Below, piece by piece: positions 13,040 through 26,737 of a DNA stretch of 64,000 nt. The number at the start of each line of letters is the position of its first letter. Within the stretch, counting starts at the first letter, position 1. Made by a program: the position numbers and the translations under genes. The notes below the pieces were generated by a model. The model was not told the DNA's origin and searched no databases. It saw nothing but the letters and a program-made list of their open reading frames with translations. The DNA lies in NCBI RefSeq assembly GCF_001194135.2, contig NC_068987.1:24836360-24900359 (forward strand), written 5' to 3'. The stretch is from Octopus bimaculoides. Lineage: Eukaryota.

Positions 13040-13310
13040 TGTCCATTAGATGCCACCAGAGTCTACATATATTACTGTTGTAGAAGTGTCCACTAGATGT
13101 CAGTGTCATCATATATTAGTGTTGTAGCAGTTATCCACTAGATATTCCCACCGTTCACCAGATGTCACCAGTGCCTACATATATTACAACAGTACTAGAG
13201 TCTATACACTAAGTCATTAGTGATTACATATACTGCAGTAGTGACCACATATGTTATAGCAATACCCAGAGAGAGTATACACATTATGTTTCCAATCTCT
13301 ACAAATATTG
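13040..13310. repeat. Degenerate tandem repeat, about 46-bp unit (ccactagatg...catatatta...gttgtag)
   Basis: 3-5 recognisable copies. Confidence 0.6.
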
Positions 13311-14112
13311 TAGCACCTCTAAAAAAAAAAAAAAAAAGCAGCAGCATCCAAATATCAAATAATAAAAATGAAAATGAATAAATAATTTAAAAATAAACCT
13401 TTGTATTTAACCAACCAAATGAAACAGCAGATCACAGAAATATATATGAGCAGAAAATAAAAATATAAAGCTTGTGGTCAAGGACGTACAATTACAAGAA
13501 TGCATCACAGAAAAATAAATAAACTTTAAAATAAAAACAATCTGAAAATTATAACAAAATAATCTTAAGATATTTCCCAAAATGAAAATAATAAATAAGA
13601 ATGAATCTCTGCAAATAACAATTGTCCCATATGAAACCCCATTAATAAATGATATTCAAAAACTAAAGTTTATTTTTTGAGATGAATTAAAAGTAGTATG
13701 AAGCTTTTTTTTTCTCACATTCTTTTAATCTGTGCTACATTTCATATCACATGACTATCAGCTTATTCAACAGATCAAAATATCTGATCAAAATATTTTT
13801 GGAAATATAAATATAAGAGGTTAATGATGGTGAGGTTAACAGAGAAGTGTTGATCGTTTATCTCACAACACATCAACACAGGCATTTCTGATCCAATTTA
13901 TACAAACGTAGCCAGTCTGTCACTAGCCAATATATTTTAGTGACAGTTGTGATAGAAATATAGTTTAGATAGAAACACAAAAAATGTGAGGTTTATAGTC
14001 ACAGAAGTCCCTAGCTATTAGTGTAGGATGATAGAGATAAGGAAAGAGATACAAAGACAAAAATATAAAGTATTGGTCCCAGCAATAATTTAGAGTCTTT
14101 TCAATCAATCCT

Positions 14113-14269
14113 TTACCCTATAATAGAAGAAGAAAATTTCTCTGTGTCTTCATTTGGTACTAATTGCGTCAGCACATTCTGTAAGCAATTTGTGGCTTCC
14201 AGTAAACCAAATTTTGCAAGGTATCTTCGTTTCCAACTCGTACGAAAGTTCTCAATCAGTTCCAGCAGT
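14113..14269 (-). CDS. Exon 22 (terminal coding): LLELIENFRTSWKRRYLAKFGLLEATNCLQNVLTQLVPNEDTEKFSSSIIG*
   Basis: tttatctttgcAG|A, then open frame to TAA at 14113-14115; 157 nt. Confidence 0.88.
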
Positions 14270-16941
14270 CTGCAAAGATAAAGGAAATTGAGAGGCATAA
14301 CACTGTTCCTTACTGGAAAGATTCCCATGATGAAGATTTTACAGATAAGGTCCCTATATTCAGAAACATTTTTGGCCCTTTTGGTACCAACCTGCCTGAA
14401 ACTGCACTTGGTCCTACAATATAAACTTCCAGTTTTAAAATGATCTAAATTAAAACCTTCCATCAAAATTTCATGTTAATTTATGTTCTAAAAACCTGAT
14501 TCATAATGACAAAATTGTTTTACTAAAATCTTAATTATTTCCAAAATTAATTAAAACAAAGGTAGCACATTTCAATAGGAATTTGGTAACAAAAGGGTTA
14601 GTGTGTACATCAGCAATATCATGCTCTCTGAGACAATGGAGTAATGTTATATTCATGGAAATTTTCTGCCTATTGTTCAAAAAATTTTTTTTGACTTAGT
14701 TAGAGGAAGGAAGGCAGAGGTTATGATACCCACTTAAAGGCTCCAAAAACTTGGGAGGAAAAGAAGAAAACATAAAATTATTTTCAGATCAGAAACATAG
14801 CCCAAATGTTTACACTTAAGGACCAGGTACCTGTATTAAAGCTGGTTACAGGTTAAGTCTACCACTCAGAAATAGAAACCATCCCTCCAATGGGCTTTCA
14901 CACAAGTTTCCTTTAACAAATTAGTAACTTGGGGTTGAACAGCAACAATAATTTCTTACATTTGGACAAAGTCACATATTTGTAGGAGAGATATATTCAG
15001 CTGAGTTGAATCCAGGACTATTACTGGTACTTATTTAATCAACTCTGGGCTATAACTGAATCCACTTCTGTAGGGTTTGAACTCAGAATGTAAAGACATG
15101 TGGCTAACTACTTGCAAAGTAATTAGACCAATCTCCTACAATTCAAGCCACCCAAGAAATAGCAATTTCTTATATTAGCATAAGGCCACAAATTTTGCAG
15201 ACCCCAGAACTTAACTAATAATTTATTTTATTAATCCCAGTAAGATAAAAGCAAAGTTAACATCAGTACAATATGAACCCAGAACCTAAACATCACAAGA
15301 TATATCATCTCATGCTCTAACAATTATGCCAGTTGAGTACAACCCTTAAAATATTAGCAAACTTTCACACGGAATAGGGGCCCCTTATTCTCTACAACAA
15401 AATAGTACATAAAACATGCAAAAACCTGTTAGCAAGATCTGTTTTTCCAGTAGCAGTCAAGTTTGTGATTCCAAGATTTACTATACGCAAGCCAGACAAG
15501 GGATCAGGGTTGCGACCAGCAGTCACCATAGCGCGTCCAATCCTGTCATGTTTTGAGAAACAGAAATTAACAGACAATGACAAGCAGGAAATGTGTTACA
15601 GTACAAGATAATATATTACCACAATATAAAACAACAGATGAAAACATTATGTAACATAGTACAGTACTTGTTTTTGTTGTCATTGTCATCATCATCATCA
15701 TCATTTTAAAATCCACTGTTTCATGTTCACATGGATTGGACAGAATTTGTCAGGGCAGATTTTCAACAATTGGATACCCTTCCTGTTGCCAACTGTCACC
15801 TGCTTCCAAGGTAAAATTTTTCTCATGACCAGACATGTTTAAACAGAAGATCAGAAATGAAGGGCAGCACTTGTATTCCAGTGACACTTATTTACAACTA
15901 TCAAGGCAATGACACTACCACACACCACACATGTTATACACACACACACACACGCATGCACACGCACACACAATGGGCTTCTTTCAGTTTCTGTCTATTA
16001 AATCCACTCACAACACTTTGGTTGGCCTGGACTATAGTAGAAGACACTTAACCAATGTGCTGCACAATGGGACTGAACCTGGAACCTTGTGGCTGGGAAG
16101 AAAACTTCTTAACACACAGCCATGCCAACAGTACTAGGTTCATAACTGCTGAAGCTTAGCTCTAGTTTCAAGGTGGATGAGAGATAAATCTCTCACTAGA
16201 TAGAAAACATGTTCGTTTCGGCTAATACTGACAAGCAATCTACTGTATAATGCTGGGAATAAATTAGGCTAACTGAAGTTCGATGAATTATGTATGCTAC
16301 TTAAAAACAAATGAAAATTTCTACAGTGAATTTGAAAACTAGACCTATGTTTGATATTTCAGTGTCATATTCATGAAGGTACTTTACTTCTACAAACTAT
16401 AGAATGTGTAACTAATTGCTGTTTGGGAAGTAATCACCAGCTTTCAACAATTATAAGCAGTTGAATTAGGAAGAACCATGCTGGGGTGGGGGTGGGGGGT
16501 GGGGGGTACTGATCCCATACACAAACAGCTTCCAAAAGATTTTCCAGTTGATTGTTACTCATTCATTGTACAACCTCTGGTTCAACAGATACGCTGTTTT
16601 GCTCTATCTGTGTCTAATTTATCACTGCCATGCTAAATTCAGCTACCCTGAAAATTAGCTACATGTATACCAGTTGTACAACTCTTTCTCTTGTCACACT
16701 ACCTTAGTGTGCATTTCCCCCTTTCCTATCAGATCCTGGAACTAATCACTTCTCCATACTTCTTACTTTTCAGAACATCAACCTTCTGGAAGTTCTTTCA
16801 CATGATTTTTTTCCTACAGACGTTTACATGCAGATGTTCAAAATGCACATCGACTCTGACAGTGTCACCAGATTCAGAAAGCCACTAACAGACATTGAGC
16901 ATAATTTCTTTTCTTTTGATTAAACATTATGAAACAAAAAC

Positions 16942-16972
<31 letters not shown>

Positions 16973-19900
16973 TGATTTCAAATTTTGGCACAAGGCCAGC
17001 AATTTGGGGGCAGCGGCGGGGGGGGGGAAGTCGATTACATCAACTCCAATACTCAACTGGTACTTATTTTATCAACCCTGAAAGGCTGAAAGGCAAAGTT
17101 GACCTCAGCAGAATCTAAACTCAGAATGTGAAGACAGACGAAATGCTGCTAAACATTTCTCCCTGCATGCTAATGATTCTCCTAGTTTGCCACCTTAAAC
17201 ATAATAATGATAATACAAGGCACAAGAAAGCAATGTAAACTGAGATAAGATCATCAAAGGAAATTGAGGATATTAAAGGTGGTAGAACAACTGCCATAGT
17301 AAACCCTCCTTTATGCTTCAACTTATCAGTTCAAATACTGCCAGAGCTGACTTTGCATTTTCTCCCTAATATTTGCCACCATATTTTCATTTATCAGATA
17401 GTTTGAGAAGAGAAGTGTGAGGGGGCAAGTGCTCACAAATGTTTTAGATAGGTAAATAAAGATAACAAGGTGAAATTAATGCAGATGAACTTAGTTTTTA
17501 AGTTTCAAGAACATTAGTATCATATTTCAGTTTCTATTTTGTAGCTTATTTGGTCAAATGTTTGTATAAAAATTCAAAGAAAATTAAAAAGTAAAATAAG
17601 TAAAAACCTCTCAAATTCAACTTATCTATGTAAAAGGAATGACAACAAGAAAGAAAAGGAGAAAAAATCTGCAACAACTGCTAGGCATTAATAGACACTA
17701 CAATAAGGTGATGGTGGTGGATCTGTGCTACCACCATGTCTTCCACACCCCGTATGTTGAGATTTTGATGGAAAGCACTCCCTCCAAGCTCCCTTGCACA
17801 CTCTGCAGAATGACTGGTAAGGGAGCAGAGGTAATGTACTACCATAAAGATTGAGTGGTCCCTTTAACTCTGTCTCATCAAGAACTTAACAATCTCCCTA
17901 GTACTGGTACCGTTAAAAATGTACCCAGTACACGCTGTAAAATGGGGAAACAAATACATGAAGGAAGTGTAGGATTATAGGCTCATTAAGTCCTGTCTTG
18001 CTGAGAACTTACTAACCTCTTTAGTGCTGGTGTCACAAGAAAATGCACCCAGTGAACTCTCTGTTGGCGACAGGAAAGGTACTTAGCCTTAGAATGTAAG
18101 CTAAAATGACATGTATGGACACTACTTTGAGAGTAGTAGCTTTTGTTATAAAAGGACTCAGATTGTTCGGTCTCCAACCCATGCCAGCATGAAAACTGTT
18201 CATAAAAACAATGATGATGATAATGATTTTGATTTAAGCCATCAAACTATCATGACAAAAATAATCTAATCTGATGTGGCCTCTATATGCAAGTTCTGCT
18301 ATGACTCATAACAAAACTATTGGTAGGATACAATTTAAGGAATATTTGGTTGCTATTTCCAGCATGTCAGATGGTCACATACAGCTCTTACATTGATTTG
18401 TTACTATCATTATTTGTTAAGTGAGGAAATAGTTGTTTTGTTGGTAAGACAATCTGAATTATCCAGCATTTCTCAATGTTCTCATCATTTGGAGCAGAGC
18501 TGTATTTTTACATAGTACCCATCTATAGCAACATGGAATGCATGATACAGAGTTCTCCCTATATTCCTTACTTAATAATGATAATTAAAAATAGGAATAT
18601 TTTTGTCTTTTCAACTTACTTAAAGGTAAAAAGGATCTTTTCCCTTTGAACGGCACATCGAGAAAATTAATTTTTTGTAACTAAAGCACTTTCAAACTTC
18701 GGACACTGATAGAATGTGTCATATAAAACATCTTTTACTCTTAAGTGTTGTTGAGAAAGGTTTATATTTTCAAAGTTATTTCATGTTAAAGTAGTCGTAT
18801 TTCAGTAATTTCAACCAATCAATGACATGTATTCAGCTGAATAAAATTACTGCTGTTGTTTGTCAACAACTATCGGCAGTGTATATTTCGTTTGTCTCTG
18901 TTATTTATGACATTGTTCGTGCGTTTGTACTGGCTTTTAGCTTTAGGGTTTTAGGGTTAGGATTTTAGAGTTGGTGTTAGAGTTAAGGTTTTAGAGTTAG
19001 GGGGTGAGGATTAAGGTTTTGGGGTTAGGGTTGGGATTTTTGGGTTAGAGTTACGGAAAAAAGTGAGAAATGAAGAAATTGGAGGGGGAGGGGTGAGTGG
19101 GGAAAAACAGTCTTTCCGAAAATAGTAGCTGAAAAACAGGAAAAAAAAAACTAAAAGCAGTAGAAATGCATGAACGATTGTGGTGGTGCCAAGTAAACAC
19201 GCTTCAGATACACTTGTTTATTCATACAAATGTAACTGAGATGAAATATGTCATAAATAACAGTGACAAAGAAATATACAATGCCAGAAGTTGTTGACAA
19301 ACAACAGCAGTAATTTTATTCAGCTGAATACACGTCATTGATTGGTTGAAATTACCGAAATAGAACTTTAACATGAAATAACTTTGAAAATATAAACTTT
19401 TCTCAACAACACTTAAGAGTAAAAGATGTTTTATATGACACATTCTACCAGTGTCCGAAGTTTGAAAGTGTTTAGTTACAAAAAATTAATTTCTCGATGA
19501 GCCGTTCAAAGGGTAAAGATCCGGTAAAAAGCATATTTGAGGCAAAAAAATAAAATTTTCTTACACACACACAATGATAAAGCTCTTTTATCAATTTCTA
19601 TGTATGAGCAGCCAGTTATTCAATTGACTGGATGACATTGTTTAATGTCCTCTTCCTGTGCTGCTTTGACAGGAGCTAACCAGGCAGAATCCTGTGCCAT
19701 GCTTTTGTATCTGTTTTGGCAGGGTTTTTACAGCTGGATGCCCTTCCTAACACCAACCAATCTTGATTGCTTGTATGCAATAATGTTTAAGCATAAAATA
19801 AAAAATCTTTAGAGCTTGTCCAAACTTAAAATTTTCCCACTTTCCTGCCATAAGAGCATAACATTTGAAGCTTGAAGAATAATTGTCACTAATTTAGGCT

Positions 19901-22900
19901 CAAAGCCAGAGCAATTTTGAGTGGGGTTAGTTTAGCTAATTATGTTGACCCCAGTACTTGACTGGTACTTTATTTTATCAACTCTGAAAGCAAATCTGAC
20001 TTTGATAGGATTTGAACTCAGAATGTAAAGAGCTGGAGTACATACTACAACACAGTTTTTTCAAACTCTAATGATTCTGCCAACAGACATTAATGGGTTA
20101 CAAAGCAATGCAAATAACGACTCAGACTATAGGTAAGTGGCTATTAGGCCAAGACAAAAATGGATCTCTCAGACACACTTCTTAAATTATGAACTGTTAT
20201 GATACTTGCCGTACTGCCAGGATCATCATATCTGTTGTGAGAAGCACCTCAGAAATGATTTCCTTTGATTGTGGGCAATTCAATTGGATGCTTGTTACAT
20301 CAGATTGGTGCTTCCGTAGAAGGCGGTTGGCTCGCTTCAATGAGATAACAGAAAACAAATTGTATTATAGTACTGAAATAGTTTTGAATTAAGAGACACA
20401 AAAATTATTATTTGTGTGTGTATTTGTCTATATATAACATACATAGAAGTGGATAACTGAATACAATTAATGAACAACGAAATTGAAACATAATCTTGTA
20501 TATGCTGAGGCACACCTATTTATTTAAAAGGGAAAATGTGAACAATTATATAGGTGCAGGCATGACTGTATAGTAAGAAGTTTGCTTCCCAACCACACAA
20601 GGCTTTGGTTGACAATAATATAAGGCTAAAATTCTTCAAGCTGGTGTCCCAGCATGGTCACAGTCTAATGACTGAAACAAGAAAAAAATAAAAAGATATA
20701 TAAAATGAGTTTTTTTTTCAGTCTTGATGTACCAAATCCACTCACAAGGCTTTGGTTGACATTGGAGTTATAGTAGAGTGTGTTTGCTCAATGCACCCTG
20801 CAATGGGACTGAACCCCATATCACATGGCTGGGAAGCAAACTTCTTGTATGTTGTTATTGTCTTTACGTTGTCACCATGTGGGCACAGCGATATTAGATT
20901 ACATCCCTCATTAACAAAATATCCAATTCAGTAGTGTAATGTGAAGAAGGGCACCTGAAGACAGAATATTGCTTCAAGATGACTCGATCAAGTCATGCAC
21001 TGGATCAAACCAGGAACAATATGTTAGAGCAGTGAACTTCTAAACCACAGAACCATGTCTGTGCTTGTATATAAACATCAAAATCTATAAGTATTGTACA
21101 TAGATAACTAAAGCAACATTATTTCTTAGACAGTACAGCCACAGCAAGAACTGTTCATCAAATGTCTTATTTAGCTTATTTTAGATTTTGTTATGCCATA
21201 GGTCAATTAAAATAGATTTGACAAAGACTATATATGATGTCAGCAATACATAAAGACTGAATGTAAAATCTAAAATTACAGGAATCTGATATGGGTCTGT
21301 GTTGGCAACAAGTAATACAAAGGAAATGTGGTAATAACTAAAATTAAATGCTGTTGTAATGAGGAAAGGCACTCTACAGGTGTTTCAAGCAGAGGCTCTT
21401 TACCAAGAAAGAGACAGGAAAAGTTCTGTTGGCTATTATAAAGACTTCATGGTAGTTATGGAGGAAGGAAATGGATATGTATGTAGGTTTGTGATTTCTA
21501 AGTAGAAGATATGTTAGTGTCTGGGTATATGGGTATGTGAGAATATCAAGGAAGGACGAGTACTGTATGTACCTATATACATAAGTCAGAGGGTAAGGAC
21601 TTGAGATAATATAAAGGTTGCTGATGCTACAGGACAGCATAAAAAGACTGAAGTGTTAAACTAATCCCTTACCTGTAGAATATCTGATGTTAAGTCTTCT
21701 AATCTTGTTTCATCAGGTCGTATAAGGAAACTAGTAAGAGTGGAGCCATTTTCACAAGGAAGAGAGGTTTGGTCATCATCTAAAAAAGAAGAGATAAAGA
21801 GGTCATCAAAAGAGCATATAGTAGGCATAAAAAAGGTGCAGTGGAGATGGATATAGTTGAATAACTGTACACAAGGAGAGAGAGCAGTGATATTTCTCTT
21901 TGGGATACATTGGAAAAAATGCAGAAAGTAGGCTAAATAAAATTTTTGAGGACTGCTGAAGTTGTAAAGAAAAAAACAAGTAAGATTTGTTGTTTTCAAT
22001 ATCCTAGTAAAATAATTATTTTTTCAGTATGTAAAGTAAATTCAGATATCCTAGTAAAGTGTGTGGGTGTGTAAGACTACCCTTACATAAAACTACTATC
22101 CACCACAAGTAGTTCTTTATCAAAGCTCTAACAAACCTGTTGCACAAAAAAGAAGAAAAAAGAAAAAAAGGGAATAATTAGAAGTATTGGAATCAGAAAT
22201 AAAATTACTAAACAATTTTCAAGAAGAGCAACAGCAGACAAATAACAAAAGCAAAAGGAGCAAAAAAGAAATGTAATAAACTTAATACAATTGGTGACAC
22301 TGTATTGATGAAAACAGTGAGTTGACAACACATCAAGACTTCATAATGCTGCTTTTCCCTTCCACGGAGGGAATAACAAATTAACACTCATTTGTCACTT
22401 GTGGTCACCATAAAATATTTTTGTTTCAATATAAGAATTTAATAGCATCAACCAAACAGGAACTAAAAATCACACACCATTATCTTTGACAGGAACTAGC
22501 TTCCTACCTGGTTTCTTTTGGGAACATCGATAGATGTAGGTCTCAATTCTTCCCAACTCAATGATAACTTGTCCAAAAACAGAAGAATCATCACGAAATA
22601 TATGTTTGTTCATAAGTTCTGCCAGATGGCTGTGAAGAAACTCCTGAAATAAGAATGAGATCTGAAATAAGAATGAGATCCATATAATCTGTAATAGGCA
22701 CAGGCATGGCTGTGCAGTGAGAAGCTTGCTTCTGAACTACATGGTTTTAGGTTCAGTCTTACTGCACGGCACCTTGGACAAGTGTCTTCTACTATAGTCT
22801 TGGGCTGACCAAACCCTTGTGAGTGGATTTGGTAGACAGAAACTGAAAGAAACTCATTGTATGTGTATGTGTGTGAGTGTGTTCATGTCTGTTTTTGTCC

Positions 22901-24841
22901 CTTCCCATCACCACTGCTTGAGATCCGATGCTGGTGTGTTTATGTCCCTGTAACTGAGTGGTTCAGCAAAAGAGACTGATGAAATAAGTACCAAGCTTAA
23001 CAAAAATAAGCCTAGGGGTTGATTGGTTTGACTAAACCACTTCAAGGTGGAGCCCCAGCATGGCTGCAGTCAAATGACTGAAACAAGTAAAAGATAAGAG
23101 ATAATAAAATGGTGATACTTCTACAATACACAAAATATTCAAACAATTTTTTATACAATTCCTAATAATAATTAGTCACAAGAATGTTACAGGAGTTTTA
23201 GATGTTGAGGGTCTCCCTCCACCGAGTAGAATAGGAATCAAAGGGGTCCATAGGTAAAAAATGGTTGAGAACCACTGATCTAGATCAATTCAATCAAGGT
23301 TGGCAATGTATGTTGTCCAAGGGAATGGTAAGGGCCACTATAACAAAGCACCATTGTCACTGCAGGTGGATTCAGATTGCAAGAAGTCACAATAGATACA
23401 GCATGGTATTTGATACTATGTTTAAAAAGGTCGCTAATGCATTACACTGGATTAATACTTAATTTTAGTGATACTGGACGGATGAAATGAGAAGATGACC
23501 GAGGCAGGGTTTGAACTCAGAACATCAAGAGCCAGGGTAAATACTATGAGACATTTTATCTAAAGCTCTTATGATTCTGCCAACCCACCACCTTAATCTG
23601 GAGGTTATGAACACCTTAAAACATTGATCCATTGAGAGACTTAGAATAATTAAATATTCTAATATTTAACACAAAATACTTTTGTCAGAGTGTAAAGCAA
23701 AAAGCCCCCCAAAAACAAAACAAAATAGTTGTTTTTAAAGAGACAATGCACAAAATGCTTGCAGAGAGATAGAATAAATGAGAAGGTAGAACCTACATTA
23801 ATTTTGTCTACATTAATGAGCCAACAAAAGTGATTTTACATAGCTATTCAAGCTACTACAAAAAGTAGCCAAATTGCCCTTATATCAAACCCTACTAACT
23901 TAAAAATGGAATAATACACTAATATAAACACTGATACACTTTGTCTGAGAAAAAGATAGAATAATCACTGTTGGAATATCTTTGATAACACTGTGTAACG
24001 TGAGTTTTGTCCTTAGGTAGCAACTGTTACTTCCTATTTGCTTAACCCAAGAAAGTATGAGAAATGACTAATAATTCTTCATACTTTGCTTTTGTTACAT
24101 TTATTCAAACCCCAAAGAATCCCTCTCAACACATGGCTGTGATGCTCCCCCACTACTCCTGCTTATGATCAGAGATGCACAAATTGTCAGCCACTAAGGG
24201 ACATGCTCAAGTGGTTATGGTCAAGCGATTGACAATCAGATCTATGGTATAGAGCAGAATATTTGCTGTAACGATATTTCTGCTTTAGCAACTCAGCACT
24301 GAATCTTTCTGAAATATAATGCAAGATAGGTCAGTTTCAAAACATTGATGTCCAGTCACAAAAGCAAAGTTTGAAGGGAATGATAGTCATTTCCTTCCTT
24401 TGATTTCTAAATAGAAGCAAATAGGAAATGACACTTAATAACCAAAGACAAAAAGAAGAAAAAAAAATTACACAGTGTAACAGTTTTGTTCAATCAAGGA
24501 TGATCTTGGGCTAAACAATAACAAATCTACAATAAATCAAATAAAACAGATGTCAAAACAAAGCTAAAAATAAATCAAATAAGATCAAGTGCCACAGTAA
24601 ATGCCTTGGAGAAGCTGTTATGATATTACTCTCTACTCTTTTTCTTGTTCCAGCCATTTGACTGCGGCCATGCTGGAGCATCGCCTTTAGTCGAGCAAAT
24701 CGACCCCGGGACTTATTCTTTGTAAGCCTAGTACTTATTCTATCAGTCTCTTTTGCCGAACTGCTAAGTTACGGGGACATTAAACACACCAGCATCGGCT
24801 GTCAAGCAATGCTAAGGGAACAAACACAGACACACAAACAT

Positions 24842-24885
<44 letters not shown>

Positions 24886-25749
24886 AATATATGAGTATAT
24901 GCATATATATGTACATGTATGTATATACGTTCATCCACATGTACATATAGATACATAACTGGGTACACGATGGGCTTCTTTCAGTTTCCATCTACCAAAT
25001 CCACTCACAAGGCTTTGGCCGGCCCGAGACTATAGTAGAAGACACTTGCCCAAGATGCCACGCAGTGGGACTGAACCCGGAGCCATGTGGTTGGTAAGCA
25101 AGCTACTTACTAAACAGCCACTCCTGCGCCTATATCTCTAAAATTTCTAGGTAGTAAGAATCAGAATATATGGAGAAGATAAAAAAAAGGGTGTTAGATG
25201 TGTCTTATATTACTATTAACTTACCCAGTGTATATCCTTGTTCCAGGCGAGGCCAGCAGTGACGACAAAACCAGGCCAACAAAATGGCGAGTGAGTGAGG
25301 AAGCTGCTACCAGACCAATGGCATACCAATAGACCAAGGCCTGACTGGCTTGAGGCACACTTTGCAGCATTAAATATATTGGCAACAGCTGCCTCTGGGA
25401 AGCCAGCCAGACTGTTCCAGGCTGCAGTGCCTGGACAGATGAAGAAACCAAACCTAAAATCAAAATGGAATTGGAAAATGTATATGCTTGTGACTTTAAG
25501 TCCAATGTGTACACACACACACACTTATGTATATATATATATGTACTTAAATATATATATATATATATATATATATAGTTCAAATTTACAGAAAACAAAT
25601 AAAAACTGGTGAGGAAACAACAAGCAGGTGTAGTTTGCTGCTTGGGAAGAAGGGAAAAGTCTTTGACAATTTGAGCCTATGCCCTTTGACAGAAATGGTT
25701 GAGAGTAGAAAAACAGAAGAAGAAAAAAATGTGTAGGGATTAATGGTTC

Positions 25750-25781
<32 letters not shown>

Positions 25782-26704
25782 NNNNNNNNNNNNNNNNNNN
25801 NNNNNNNNNNNNNNNNNNNNNNNNNNNNNNNNNNNNNNNNNNNNNNNNNNNNNNNNNNNNNNNNNNNNNNNNNNNNNNNNNNNNNNNNNNNNNNNNNNNN
25901 NNNNNNNNNNNNNNNNNNNNNNNNNNNNNNNNNNNNNNNNNNNNNNNNNNNNNNNNNNNNNNNNNNNNNNNNNNNNNNNNNNNNNNNNNNNNNNNNNNNN
26001 NNNNNNNNNNNNNNNNNNNNNNNNNNNNNNNNNNNNNNNNNNNNNNNNNNNNNNNNNNNNNNNNNNNNNNNNNNNNNNNNNNNNNNNNNNNNNNNNNNNN
26101 NNNNNNNNNNNNNNNNNNNNNNNNNNNNNNNNNNNNNNNNNNNNNNNNNNNNNNNNNNNNNNNNNNNNNNNNNNNNNNNNNNNNNNNNNNNNNNNNNNNN
26201 NNNNNNNNNNNNNNNNNNNNNNNNNNNNNNNNNNNNNNNNNNNNNNNNNNNNNNNNNNNNNNNNNNNNNNNNNNNNNNNNNNNNNNNNNNNNNNNNNNNN
26301 NNNNNNNNNNNNNNNNNNNNNNNNNNNNNNNNNNNNNNNNNNNNNNNNNNNNNNNNNNNNNNNNNNNNNNNNNNNNNNNNNNNNNNNNNNNNNNNNNNNN
26401 NNNNNNNNNNNNNNNNNNNNNNNNNNNNNNNNNNNNNNNNNNNNNNNNNNNNNNNNNNNNNNNNNNNNNNNNNNNNNNNNNNNNNNNNNNNNNNNNNNNN
26501 NNNNNNNNNNNNNNNNNNNNNNNNNNNNNNNNNNNNNNNNNNNNNNNNNNNNNNNNNNNNNNNNNNNNNNNNNNNNNNNNNNNNNNNNNNNNNNNNNNNN
26601 NNNNNNNNNNNNNNNNNNNNNNNNNNNNNNNNNNNNNNNNNNNNNNNNNNNNNNNNNNNNNNNNNNNNNNNNNNNNNNNNNNNNNNNNNNNNNNNNNNNN
26701 NNNN

Positions 26705-26737
<33 letters not shown>

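Noticed and set aside
18940-19050. Telomere or chromosome-fusion site suggested by TTAGGG-like repeats
   Set aside because: Short, degenerate and enclosed within a TSD-flanked TIR element.
21374-21640. Possible CR1/Jockey 3' remnant
   Set aside because: Too degenerate to assign by eye.
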